From: an uncultured Clostridia bacterium | GTDB lineage: Bacteria; Bacillota; Clostridia; Oscillospirales; CAG-272 | NCBI GenBank assembly: GCA_904501715.1 | Contig: CAJGCD010000002.1 | Location: 1 to 46,196 of the forward strand | DNA: 46,196 nt | Reading direction: 5' to 3' | Translations under genes and position numbers: made by a program | Shown here: positions 9,016 through 18,186 of the stretch, piece after piece | How positions within the stretch are numbered: the stretch's first letter is position 1 | Layout of the letters: each line of letters starts with the position of its first letter | Notes under the pieces: generated by a model | Seen by the model: the letters and a program-made list of their open reading frames with translations, nothing else | What the model was told of the DNA's origin: nothing | The model's database searches: none

Positions 9016-12000
9016 ATGAAAGCAAAAGAATTACACGCAAAAAACGGGGATTTTCGACACAGATTTTACGCAGCCTTGGCTCTGCTGATTTTGTCGATGA
9101 TATTCTTCCCCCTCATAGTCACGGCAAATACATCGGCGCAGGATTTTAGTGCGGAAAATCACAACCTTATCGAATCCTATCTTGCTGATATCGGCGAGGA
9201 GATAAGCCGGTACAAGCAGATGGACCCGACCCCTACCAAAAGCATATCCGCAGAAGTAACCAACGTCATAAACAAATACAGAAGCGAGCTGTCAGCTCTT
9301 GACGGACACGAGGACTCCTCAAAACGGTCAATGAAATATGAAATAGACCAAGCCTATGTCCGAAGCACCAGCGCAGGCAGCCTTGCGTGGATATATTTCT
9401 TCAATATAAAGGATATATCCTCCCCCTCATCCATAAGCACAGTAAAGGATGTCTACGATAACGCTCTTTTGAAAATAGGCGAGGATATGAGCGCGGAATC
9501 CTTAAGGACCACCTGCTCCGATCTGTGTGTAGAGCTGAACAGAGCAGTCTACACGGAAAAAATTTCCTTGCTGCTGCGCGAGGGAGATTCCCAGCAATGT
9601 CTGGGATACGTTGATTTAGCTCTCGGAAAGCTCGCAAACATTAAATCCGACTCCACGGGCGGCGGTGAGTTTGTTACTGTTTTTGAGGAAACAAAGGAAT
9701 TACTGTTACTGCAACGGGCACGCGACAGCCTTTATTCTCAAGCCGTAGATATCTTTTCCATAATAAGACCCGATGAGGACATCAAGGAAAACAGCCGAGT
9801 AGGCGTGTTCAACATTCAATTGGGAGACGCAGACAGCATAGCGGCAATGAATGAGGAAATGAGAACGCTCATAGACGACCTGACAGAGTCCTTCATAGGC
9901 AAAAAATATACCAATATATTTATAAGCAATTTGGTCGTATCGGTCAACGATATAGCAACAAGAGCAACCGCCGCGGGAGAGGCGGGAGATTTTACGGCAC
10001 CGTTTGAGGGCTACACCCTCGCATACGAAAAGGCGCGCGCCAAGGACGAGATACTAACTCTGCTCCTGAAGGACGGAGAGGACAGCGAGCTTACACGCAT
10101 AGAAGGCTTATTTAACGGTTACGGCTGCATAATAGACAGCTGTACAAGCGCCTTGGAGATAAAAGCCGAAATAAAGCGTGCCAACTATGAAAAACAGCTG
10201 TATTCGGCGTTGAAGAGCGCTCACTCCGACCTTAATATAATTTTAGGAAGCTATGATAGCTCTTCCTTTCTCTCGCGTCTCAAGGACTGCTACGACAGCG
10301 CCTTTGTTTCTCTGAGCGTTCTGTCGAGCTCCTCGGCACAGTTTGATGAAAATTGCAATAAATCTCTTGAAAAGGCTCTTGGGGAGATGAGAGATATAAT
10401 CCAAGAGGCAAAAGCCCAAAGATATCTTATAGACCACAGCGCCATAATCAAGAAAAGCCGTGACGAGCTGACTAAAGCGGACGAAACAGCCCTGAGAATA
10501 GCCATAACCGACTATCTCAAGCTTGAAAACTCGGTTGGAGCCGTAATATCAAGTCAAATAAATTCTATAATTGAAAAATACAAGACCGTTTTAGGAATAT
10601 CAATACGCTCTCTCCGCGATGATGACCTATATTACTTGGATTTGTGCGAAATTATAATAAACGAATTAAAATCAACACCCACAAATAATATTGATGAATT
10701 TTATAATAATTGTGACATAATACTTTCAAAAGCCAACACCCTTTCCCAGATAGTGTCCTATTACCGTCAGTTATACTCCGCCGAGCTGTATAAGTCTTAC
10801 ACGGACGAGGAAAAGCAGTCTCTCTCACAGGCATGCAAGGATGCCGCAAGCAAGCTCAGGGACTTGAAGCTTTTACCGAGCAGCGGCCACGATGAAGTGT
10901 TGAAAATTACAATAATAGATTTTGACAGAATAGACCAAGGTGTACGGGTAAGAGCATCGGCAAGAGGAAGCGAAAACGCAAATATACAAAAGCTCATCTC
11001 GGATGCCAAGGCCACTATTTTTCTATGCACCGACAGAAACGAGATGACAGTAATAGCCGACAAGGCTATCTTCAAAATAAACCGCCTTCTGACAGTGGAT
11101 ACTATGATCTCCCGCTCCGACGAATGCTGCTATCTCATTAAAAAGATGAAGTTTATATCAGAGGAGGATAAGGATTCTTACACCGCAAAAATAGAAAACC
11201 TTAAAAAATCGCTTACCGAGGAGGCTACCTTAGCGCAAAACGTCACCGTTCTCGACTTTGTGTGGAATAGCTTTACAGAGGAGCTTAACAGCATCCTCAA
11301 GAGTGCTCAGGAAGCCGACCTCAAAAAAAGCCGTGAGGAATACTCTGCCCTCATAATCAAGGACCGAGAAAAATTCGAAGAAGCCATCGGCGCCTTCGCG
11401 CAGCTCAGCGCCACACGAAAGAAGGAGCTTCTCGACTCCGCGGTAGCACTGTGCGCAAAATTCACCGCTGATATACAGAGCTGCGAGAGCAGCGATAAAG
11501 TAACGCAAGCCTACGCAACCGCCCTTGAACAGCTCCATGCTCTGGAGCTGACAGCGTCGGGAGAAAATCTTACCATCTATAAGGGCACCGTAACAATAGA
11601 GCTGGACAAGCTGTGCCCCGCCAAAGAGAACTACTCGGCAGACAATTACACTAAAATTCTCGATACCATAGCGAATGCCAAGAAAAAGCTCTCCTCCTGC
11701 GTCAGCATATCCGAATGCACCGCTCTTCTTGATACCACCGCAAAGAGCATCGACAATATAAACGACCTTCTGGAGGATGCCAAGGCTTCCGCCCTTGATG
11801 CCCTGCGAGATGCGCTTAAGCTTTGCACGGATAACACCTCGCTCTATTCCTCGGACAATATCGCTCTTGCAAAAAAGCTTTACGACGATGCCGAGAAAGC
11901 CATAAATCAATATAAGGAAATATTCAACATTCCCCAGCTTAACGAGAGCCTTGCCCAAGCGCTGGAGCTTATCCGCGGCGTGCGCAGAGATACTCTGTAC

Positions 12001-13251
12001 ACCTCAAACGAGGCGTCGGTCATCACCTCTCCTAAGGCAGAATACCCTCTGGGCTACGATTTTTCCACAGGATATTGGGGAAAGGTGTACTCCAAGAACG
12101 GCATACTTTCGGGAGCATCCCTGTCTATAAGTGAGTCAGCCGAGGATCTGAAGGCACTTCAGAAGCTCATACGAAGAGCTGTAAAAAATGACGGTATCAC
12201 TGTATACGGAGAACTGAGTGCAAAGGAGCGCAAGATGCTGCAAAAATGCGTGGTCGCTCTGGGGCTGGATATATCCCTCTCGGAAATCTCAAGCGATGCA
12301 AAAGGCTACACGCTTCAAATGCTTCTTCCCTCCTCATATAAGGACGAAAACGTGCTGGGTCTTGCCTTTGTGGACAAGGACGGCAGGGTGGAATTTTACA
12401 GCATAGAGCAAAGAGATCTGCTTATATCGCTGAACACCTCACATTTTTCGAGCTATTACGTTCTCTGCGAGGAAACCATAGACCTGACTCCCCTTCTTAT
12501 ATTCCTTATAATTCTTCTGGTGTTTGAGATAATCGTATTCTGCTTCGTTATGTTCCTGCGATACAACCGCAGGAGAAAGGAAAAAAATATGCTTCCCGAA
12601 AGCTTTCTTTACAGTTTAAATCCCTTCCTTGCGTATACCGCTCTTCGCATAAAGCCCTCAAACGCGGTGGAGCTGACCGTTCTCCTGTCGGTAGCCGCCT
12701 TAGCTCTCGGCTGCGGAATAGCTTTTCTGGCGCGGGCGGAGCTCTCCTTCCTGAAAAAGCAAAAGGGTGAGGACATTCATCCCCGCCACGCAAGACAGAG
12801 CCAACCCGAGCTTGATAAAAAGCGCACACCTATGTTACGCCCCAAGCCCTCGCTCCTAAAGGAGAGATCATCCGAGCTTCTCCCCGAGGGTCAAGAGGTT
12901 CCCGTGCTGTGCGGAGCCCCGGCGGACAGCGAAGGTGACATTGAAGCCCTTTTCTTTGACGGTGTGTCTCACGAGGAGGACACCGAAGGCGAAGCCGAGC
13001 CCAAAGAGGCGCGGCAGGCATCCCACCGCGCCGAAATAAATCTTGACGTTATTGCCGAAAAATTCCGCGACGGCGAGCTCGTAACCGTAGAGGCACTGAA
13101 AAAGAAACGCCTTGTGAGCAAGAAAGCCGACTATGTAAAGATACTCGCACGCGGAGCGCTTACAAAGCCTCTCATAATCGAGGCGCACGATTTCAGCCGA
13201 GCCGCCGAGGAAATGCTTACAGCAGTAGGCGGCGAGGCAATACGGATATAA
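9016..13251 (+). CDS. giant membrane-anchored helical-repeat protein with C-terminal uL15-like domain (1411 aa)
   Basis: Uninterrupted ORF. It has an N-terminal hydrophobic anchor or signal, ~1100 aa of Ala/Leu/Glu/Lys/Ser-rich sequence, then two hydrophobic segments (nt ~12484-12560 and ~12668-12735). An acidic/Pro-rich linker follows. The last ~70 aa resemble the C-terminal half of ribosomal protein uL15. Confidence 0.8.
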   Translation: MKAKELHAKNGDFRHRFYAALALLILSMIFFPLIVTANTSAQDFSAENHNLIESYLADIGEEISRYKQMDPTPTKSISAEVTNVINKYRSELSALDGHEDSSKRSMKYEIDQAYVRSTSAGSLAWIYFFNIKDISSPSSISTVKDVYDNALLKIGEDMSAESLRTTCSDLCVELNRAVYTEKISLLLREGDSQQCLGYVDLALGKLANIKSDSTGGGEFVTVFEETKELLLLQRARDSLYSQAVDIFSIIRPDEDIKENSRVGVFNIQLGDADSIAAMNEEMRTLIDDLTESFIGKKYTNIFISNLVVSVNDIATRATAAGEAGDFTAPFEGYTLAYEKARAKDEILTLLLKDGEDSELTRIEGLFNGYGCIIDSCTSALEIKAEIKRANYEKQLYSALKSAHSDLNIILGSYDSSSFLSRLKDCYDSAFVSLSVLSSSSAQFDENCNKSLEKALGEMRDIIQEAKAQRYLIDHSAIIKKSRDELTKADETALRIAITDYLKLENSVGAVISSQINSIIEKYKTVLGISIRSLRDDDLYYLDLCEIIINELKSTPTNNIDEFYNNCDIILSKANTLSQIVSYYRQLYSAELYKSYTDEEKQSLSQACKDAASKLRDLKLLPSSGHDEVLKITIIDFDRIDQGVRVRASARGSENANIQKLISDAKATIFLCTDRNEMTVIADKAIFKINRLLTVDTMISRSDECCYLIKKMKFISEEDKDSYTAKIENLKKSLTEEATLAQNVTVLDFVWNSFTEELNSILKSAQEADLKKSREEYSALIIKDREKFEEAIGAFAQLSATRKKELLDSAVALCAKFTADIQSCESSDKVTQAYATALEQLHALELTASGENLTIYKGTVTIELDKLCPAKENYSADNYTKILDTIANAKKKLSSCVSISECTALLDTTAKSIDNINDLLEDAKASALDALRDALKLCTDNTSLYSSDNIALAKKLYDDAEKAINQYKEIFNIPQLNESLAQALELIRGVRRDTLYTSNEASVITSPKAEYPLGYDFSTGYWGKVYSKNGILSGASLSISESAEDLKALQKLIRRAVKNDGITVYGELSAKERKMLQKCVVALGLDISLSEISSDAKGYTLQMLLPSSYKDENVLGLAFVDKDGRVEFYSIEQRDLLISLNTSHFSSYYVLCEETIDLTPLLIFLIILLVFEIIVFCFVMFLRYNRRRKEKNMLPESFLYSLNPFLAYTALRIKPSNAVELTVLLSVAALALGCGIAFLARAELSFLKKQKGEDIHPRHARQSQPELDKKRTPMLRPKPSLLKERSSELLPEGQEVPVLCGAPADSEGDIEALFFDGVSHEEDTEGEAEPKEARQASHRAEINLDVIAEKFRDGELVTVEALKKKRLVSKKADYVKILARGALTKPLIIEAHDFSRAAEEMLTAVGGEAIRI

Positions 13252-13286
13252 AAATAGCCTGTTGCGTGAAGCAACAGGCTATTTTC
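13252..13286. terminator. bidirectional terminator between convergent genes
   Basis: AGCCTGTTGC (13256-13265), loop gtgaa, GCAACAGGCT (13271-13280), flanked by A and T runs. Confidence 0.8.
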
Positions 13287-13770
13287 TCTGCCTTTTTCGC
13301 AATATTAACACTAAATAAAACACCAATGTGCAAATCAGCGCCCCCGAGCTGTCTATAAGCACGTCGCTAATGCTTCCCACTCTGTCCTCAACAAAGAGCT
13401 GGATGCTCTCATCTATGCAGGCAACCGCCACCGCGGTGGGAAGCGCAAGCCAGAGAGCGGATATCCTTTTGAGTGAGCTGTCCTTATTTATACCCAAAAT
13501 AAAGCAGTAATCAAAGCAAAGCAAAAATGCCAGCAGGGCAAATTCAAGGAAGTGAGCGGTCTTTCTCACAAAATATCCCGATATGTAAAATCCGTCTATA
13601 AACTGCCCGAAAAATGCGTTGATGCGCTCGGTTACCGTGCCGCTCATCGCTCCCGACACAACTCCCCGCTGCAAGGAGTTACCCCATATAAACACGATCC
13701 ACAGAAGCGAAAGACAGAAAAAAACCGTCATACATATTCGTTTTTTCAATTTCGTCACCCCCCCTTGCAA
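13279..13770 (-). CDS. VanZ family membrane protein
   Basis: Motifs RKTAHFLEFALLAFLL and DESIQLFVEDRVGSISDVLIDSSGA are present. The start is uncertain: the maximal ORF begins with TTG at 13770, with alternatives at TTG 13749 (after a poly-G SD) or ATG 13731. Confidence 0.75.
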   Translation of the reverse strand: MQGGVTKLKKRICMTVFFCLSLLWIVFIWGNSLQRGVVSGAMSGTVTERINAFFGQFIDGFYISGYFVRKTAHFLEFALLAFLLCFDYCFILGINKDSSLKRISALWLALPTAVAVACIDESIQLFVEDRVGSISDVLIDSSGALICTLVFYLVLILRKRQRK

Positions 13771-13833
13771 GAAAAATTATAACATAATAATATGAAAATC
13801 TCAAGACAAATATTTGAAATCGACATAAAATAC

Positions 13834-13862
13834 TTGCTTTTTTTATTGGATTATGTTACAAT
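13834..13862 (+). promoter_or_regulatory. sigma-A-type promoter of smpB
   Basis: TTGCTT (13834-13839), 17-nt spacer, TACAAT (13857-13862). Confidence 0.55.
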
Positions 13863-13894
13863 ATATTGCAAAATACCGAGAAAGGAGAGCTTAT

Positions 13895-14374
13895 ATGGCA
13901 AATCATACGCAGATAAAGACCGTGGCGCAGAACAAAAAAGCATATCACGACTACTTCGTGGACGAAAAATACGAAGCGGGAATAGCTCTCTACGGTACAG
14001 AGGTCAAAAGCATCCGTATGGGCGCGGTAAATCTTAAGGATACCTACTGCTCACTCAAAAACGGAGAGCTTTTCGTGGTAGGTATGCACGTCAGCCCCTA
14101 CGAGAAGGGCAATATCTTCAACCGAGAGCCAAGACGCGAGCGAAAGCTCCTTATGCACAAGAGAGAGATAATGAAGCTGGGCGGTCTTGTAGCACAAAAG
14201 GGTTATACACTCGTTCCCCTCTCGCTCTACTTTTCGGGCAAAAATCTCAAGGTGGAGATAGGGCTTTGCCGAGGCAAAAAGCTCTACGACAAGCGTGACG
14301 CTCTCGCCGAAAAGCAGGCAAACCGAGAGATGGACAGACGGATGAAGGATTCCTCAAAGGGATACCGCGAATAG
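13895..14374 (+). CDS. smpB: SsrA-binding protein SmpB
   Basis: Start trimmed to the ATG at 13895 (AAAGGAGAG SD). Motifs seen are [24 protein letters not shown] and the C-terminal basic tail. It lies immediately upstream of tmRNA. Confidence 0.95.
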   Translation: MANHTQIKTVAQNKKAYHDYFVDEKYEAGIALYGTEVKSIRMGAVNLKDTYCSLKNGELFVVGMHVSPYEKGNIFNREPRRERKLLMHKREIMKLGGLVAQKGYTLVPLSLYFSGKNLKVEIGLCRGKKLYDKRDALAEKQANREMDRRMKDSSKGYRE

Positions 14375-14416
14375 GCTACTTTTTACCTCTTCACTATTAC
14401 TTCTTACTTCAATTAT

Positions 14417-14784
14417 GGGTCCGTAAAGGTTTCGACGGGGATTTTGAGGTATGATAAGCGGGTAGAGCCGGGCAATCTCTTAAAAGGCCTAACTTTAAAA
14501 TTAAACGCTAACGATAACGTTGCAATGGCTGCCTAAGGGCAGTGCCGCGGCCTGAGCGCCGCCCGTTCCTCCCGAGAGTATCGCGGCTCGGGACTGAGCG
14601 TCAAGTAAGCGGTGAACGTGCGTCGGTCTTTCGCCATTGAGCCGACCACGCAGAAAATGGCTACCCGAGTGGGAAGTCTGTCTGTTGACGTCCGACAAGG
14701 GGAATTCTAAAAAACAGACTGCACCCGGAGAAGGTCATATCAAGAGGTTTTCGGACAGGGGTTCAATTCCCCTCGGATCCACCA
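14417..14784 (+). ncRNA. ssrA: tmRNA (SsrA), one-piece
   Basis: The 5' GGGTCCG.. pairs with the 3' ..CGGATCC-ACCA, including the G3:U pair. The T-arm is GGGGTTCAATTCCCC. The tag reading frame at 14507-14533 encodes ANDNVAMAA, followed by TAA (14534-14536). Confidence 0.9.
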
Positions 14785-14792
14785 AAACAGCA

Positions 14793-14820
14793 AAAGGCGT
14801 ACGCAAGTGCGCCTTTTTGT
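14793..14820 (+). terminator. rho-independent terminator after tmRNA
   Basis: AGGCGTAC / GTGCGCCT stem with loop gcaa, followed by TTTTT. Confidence 0.75.
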
Positions 14821-14984
14821 TGTTTTGCGGAGCCATATAAACGGGGAATTGAACGCAGAGAGCAAAACAACCCGGTGAGTTGTTTTGCGAACGGTGACCG
14901 AAGATTTTTGCGAGATATTACATAAGATAAAATCCCAAATATCGAGCAAAAATCAAGAACAATTCCCCTTGTAAAAGATTGTTT

Positions 14985-16775
14985 TTATTTTATCTCCTCA
15001 AAATCAGCCGCGCCGTGCTTGCAGAGAGGACAGATGAAATCCTCGGGAAGCGTTTCTCCCTCGTACACGTATCCGCATACCTTGCAAACGTAGCCCTTCT
15101 TGCCCTCGGTCCGGGGCTTAGGCTTCACGTTCTCCTGATAATAGGTATAGGTCATAGTGGGTCTGTCGGATATAACTCTTGCTTCCTCCACCGAGCAGAT
15201 GAACATTCCGTGAGTGCCAAGGTCAACGTAGTTCTCAACCTTAAGGGACATAAAGGCATTTATGTGCTTTGGAAGGAATACGAGTCCGTTATCCGAGCGC
15301 AGAGGCGTGCAGTCGGCAAACTTGTCAACGTTTCTGCCGCTTCTGAAGCCGAATGCCTCAAATACAGCAAAAGGCGCATCAACAGTCAGACAGTTTACGT
15401 TCATCTTTCCCGTCTGCTTGATAACGTGATGGGAATAGTTCTCCTTATTTATAGTAACAGCCACCCTGTTGGGGGTATTTGTAACCTGTGTAACCGTATT
15501 TACGATAAGTCCGTTATCCTTTTTTCCATCATTGGACGTAACAACGTAGAGTCCGTACCCTATCCTGAAGAGTGCGGTCATATCGTTCTTGTTCGCGGTA
15601 GAATCCTGCTGCGCAAGATACTCGCGGCAAAGCTCCTCGGCAAGAGCGTTAATCTGCTCTGTGCTCTCTTTGTTAAGTGCTGACATTATCTTAACGGAGT
15701 TCTCGGCATATTTAAGATTTTTAGAATCCTCCAGCATCATTTTCATAACCTTTGTAGCCAAGGGAGCCCAGCTTCCGTTCTCTATAAACGCCACAGTCTT
15801 GTTTTGGAAATTACGCTCGGTGAGCCCGTGGATAAAGTGGCGCATAAAGGGGAATATATCGGCATTATAGGTGGTGGTTGCGAAAACTATCTTGTTATAT
15901 CTGAAGGCATCCTCAATAGCCTCTGCCATATCGCATCTCGCAAGGTCGTTGACTACTACCTTGGGGCATCCGTTTTCCTTCAGCTTTTCGGCAAGAAGCA
16001 TCACTGCCTTCTTTGTGTTTCCGTAAACCGAGGTATAAGCTATTACCACGCCCTCGCTTTCGCTCTGATAGCTTGACCAGGTGTTATACAAGCCTATATA
16101 GTAGCCGAGATTTTCTGTAAGGATAGGTCCGTGCAGAGGGCAGATGATAGCAATATCGAGTCCCGCCGCCTTTTTAAGAAGAGCCTGTACCTGCGCGCCG
16201 TACTTACCTACGATACCGATATAGTATCTTCTCGCCTCGCAAGCCCACTCCTCCTCTACGTCAAGCGCTCCGAATTTTCCAAAGCCGTCCGCCGAGAAGA
16301 GCACCTTGTCCTTCGTGTCGTAGGTAACTATTACCTCGGGCCAGTGCACCATAGGCGCACCAACGAAGGCAAGCTCACGGTCGCCCAAAGAAAGGCTGTC
16401 CCCCTCCTTTACCACTATCTGTCTGTCGGCAAAATCGTCGCCGAAGAAGTTGTTCATCATTACGAAAGCCTTAGCCGAGGAAACTATTTTAGCCTCGGGA
16501 TAGGTCTTTGCGAAGGTAGCTATGTTTGCCGAATGGTCGGGCTCCATATGCTGTACTACCAGATAGTCGGGGGCTTTAGCTCCCAGCACGTTCTGAATAT
16601 TATCAAGCCACTCGTGACCGAAGCGGGCATCAACCGTATCCATAACGGCAATCCTTTCGCCCAAAATAACGTACGAGTTATACGCCATTCCGTTGGGAAC
16701 GTCATACTGACCCTCAAAAAGGTCGATGCTGTGGTCGTTTACGCCCACGTATTTTACTGTTTCTGTGATGTTCAT
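14985..16775 (-). CDS. multidomain flavodiiron protein: MBL-like diiron + flavodoxin core fused to flavin-reductase-like domain and C-terminal rubredoxin
   Basis: 596 aa. The diiron motif is HMEPDHS. A flavodoxin-like segment (VVIAYTSVYGNT) follows, then a flavin-reductase-like segment (GLYVVTS..DGKDNG). The C-terminus CKVCGYVY..CPLCKHG is a rubredoxin. Confidence 0.85.
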   Translation of the reverse strand: MNITETVKYVGVNDHSIDLFEGQYDVPNGMAYNSYVILGERIAVMDTVDARFGHEWLDNIQNVLGAKAPDYLVVQHMEPDHSANIATFAKTYPEAKIVSSAKAFVMMNNFFGDDFADRQIVVKEGDSLSLGDRELAFVGAPMVHWPEVIVTYDTKDKVLFSADGFGKFGALDVEEEWACEARRYYIGIVGKYGAQVQALLKKAAGLDIAIICPLHGPILTENLGYYIGLYNTWSSYQSESEGVVIAYTSVYGNTKKAVMLLAEKLKENGCPKVVVNDLARCDMAEAIEDAFRYNKIVFATTTYNADIFPFMRHFIHGLTERNFQNKTVAFIENGSWAPLATKVMKMMLEDSKNLKYAENSVKIMSALNKESTEQINALAEELCREYLAQQDSTANKNDMTALFRIGYGLYVVTSNDGKKDNGLIVNTVTQVTNTPNRVAVTINKENYSHHVIKQTGKMNVNCLTVDAPFAVFEAFGFRSGRNVDKFADCTPLRSDNGLVFLPKHINAFMSLKVENYVDLGTHGMFICSVEEARVISDRPTMTYTYYQENVKPKPRTEGKKGYVCKVCGYVYEGETLPEDFICPLCKHGAADFEEIK

Positions 16776-16824
16776 ATATTTCTCCTTTGCTTTATATATA
16801 CATTCTTCCCTTTTTCAAGTAAGC

Positions 16825-18045
16825 TCAATCAAAATATCTCAGACTTACGTCAACGGGCACCTTTCCCGTTTTCACGTAGCCGGGAAAAAGCTTGTTTGCC
16901 TGCTCAAGCACCGAGGTGTCCGACAGCTCGGCGGGAGGTATCTCTCCGTATATGGCTCTGTATATCATATGCGCTCCTACGTATCCCGCAAGAGGAGTGC
17001 TGTGCTTATGCGCGTCGTCAATGCAGAACTCCCACATATCCACGCCGCTCTCAATAAGCATATTTATCTCTCCGCGCCAATCAAGGGTCTTAAGCTCAGG
17101 GCATCTTTCCTGCGCCTTCTTGATGCAATCCTCAAACTCGTTATGAGCGGGGAATATTACCAGCTCGGTGTCGGACTCATTGCACGCCTCCTCAAGGATG
17201 GCAAGATGGTCCGCCTCCTCGTGAGCGTAAAAGCCGCATATAAATACGCAATCGTAGACACCGTTTCTTATTTCGTGCATAAGCGCCGCGTCTCCGATAT
17301 AGGTATCAACCTCAGCCATTCCTCTGGTCACCGCCGTCATATCAAGCTGTTTGCCGCCCGCGTTAAGCATATCCTGAAGTATATAGCCTATTTGAGAGGT
17401 GCCTATAAAGCTGTTGCCCAGAATGATCACCTTGCCGTCGGCTACGTGAGAGAGCATATTCAGATTGAGCTGGTTTCCAAGGCTCTCTGTTCGGGGTGCC
17501 ACCGTTAGCATACTGCAGCCCGATTTGTCAAGCTCGGAGTAATCGCAAACCATTGTAACGGTCTTTTTGGAGCTGTCCTCATATTGGTATCTTATTCTAT
17601 GCCTGAATTCGGGACCGTCCGCACCGTCCTTCATCTCTATTCTTCTCTCTCTGGTGATACCTCTGGAATTATCCTTTGACAGTGATATCTCCTGCCAATC
17701 CGATATATCCTCAGCCTCACCCGCAAATACCTTTCCTATTTCCTTGCCGCCGCGCAGGAGAGCGTATTCGCCCGCCTTAGGGCTTACGAGCCACTCGGTG
17801 GGAAAGGACATAACAAAGGCTATGTCGCTGTCACTAAAGCCGAAATATATCTCCTGAAGCTTTGACACAGAGCGGCACTCTATATCCAGATATGCCTCCT
17901 CCTTTTCGGTCTTCTTCCCACTCTGAGCGGGGGGAGTCTGTGTGCTTCCGTCATTTGAGTCTCCCGTAACAAAGCTCATATCTATGGTGCATCCGCACAG
18001 AAAAAGTGAAAATGCCAACAATATTGCCAAGAAAGTCTTTTTCAT
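16825..18045 (-). CDS. lipoprotein with SGNH/DUF4886-like C-terminal domain
   Basis: Lipobox LFLCGC follows a signal peptide. The C-terminal half carries ILGNSFIGTS and DDAHKHSTPLAGYVGAH, reminiscent of SGNH-type hydrolases. Confidence 0.55.
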   Translation of the reverse strand: MKKTFLAILLAFSLFLCGCTIDMSFVTGDSNDGSTQTPPAQSGKKTEKEEAYLDIECRSVSKLQEIYFGFSDSDIAFVMSFPTEWLVSPKAGEYALLRGGKEIGKVFAGEAEDISDWQEISLSKDNSRGITRERRIEMKDGADGPEFRHRIRYQYEDSSKKTVTMVCDYSELDKSGCSMLTVAPRTESLGNQLNLNMLSHVADGKVIILGNSFIGTSQIGYILQDMLNAGGKQLDMTAVTRGMAEVDTYIGDAALMHEIRNGVYDCVFICGFYAHEEADHLAILEEACNESDTELVIFPAHNEFEDCIKKAQERCPELKTLDWRGEINMLIESGVDMWEFCIDDAHKHSTPLAGYVGAHMIYRAIYGEIPPAELSDTSVLEQANKLFPGYVKTGKVPVDVSLRYFD

Positions 18046-18127
18046 AAGAGCCCCCTCCGTTTTGTAATTTGATATTATGATTATACCACATTTATATACG
18101 TTATGTCAATAAACCAATGCTTCCCTA

Positions 18128-18156
18128 TTGAATTTTTTCTTACACAGTAGTATAAT
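18128..18156 (+). promoter_or_regulatory. sigma-A promoter of the radical SAM gene
   Basis: TTGAAT (18128-18133), 17-nt spacer, TATAAT (18151-18156). Confidence 0.65.
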
Positions 18157-18186
18157 ATAAGGCAGTAAAGCTTTGGGAGGTACTGT

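Noticed and set aside
14501-14840. ORFs 14501-14698(-) and 14637-14840(+).
   Set aside because: They lie within the tmRNA gene and its terminator.
14843-14969. Short copies of the tmRNA T-loop downstream of ssrA: inverted GGGGAATTGAAC at 14843-14854 and direct CAATTCCCCT at 14960-14969. These might be att remnants of an island at the tmRNA hotspot.
   Set aside because: The matches are only 10-12 nt. No integrase or cargo lies between them, and the next gene is an ordinary flavodiiron protein. This is too weak to call without comparative data.
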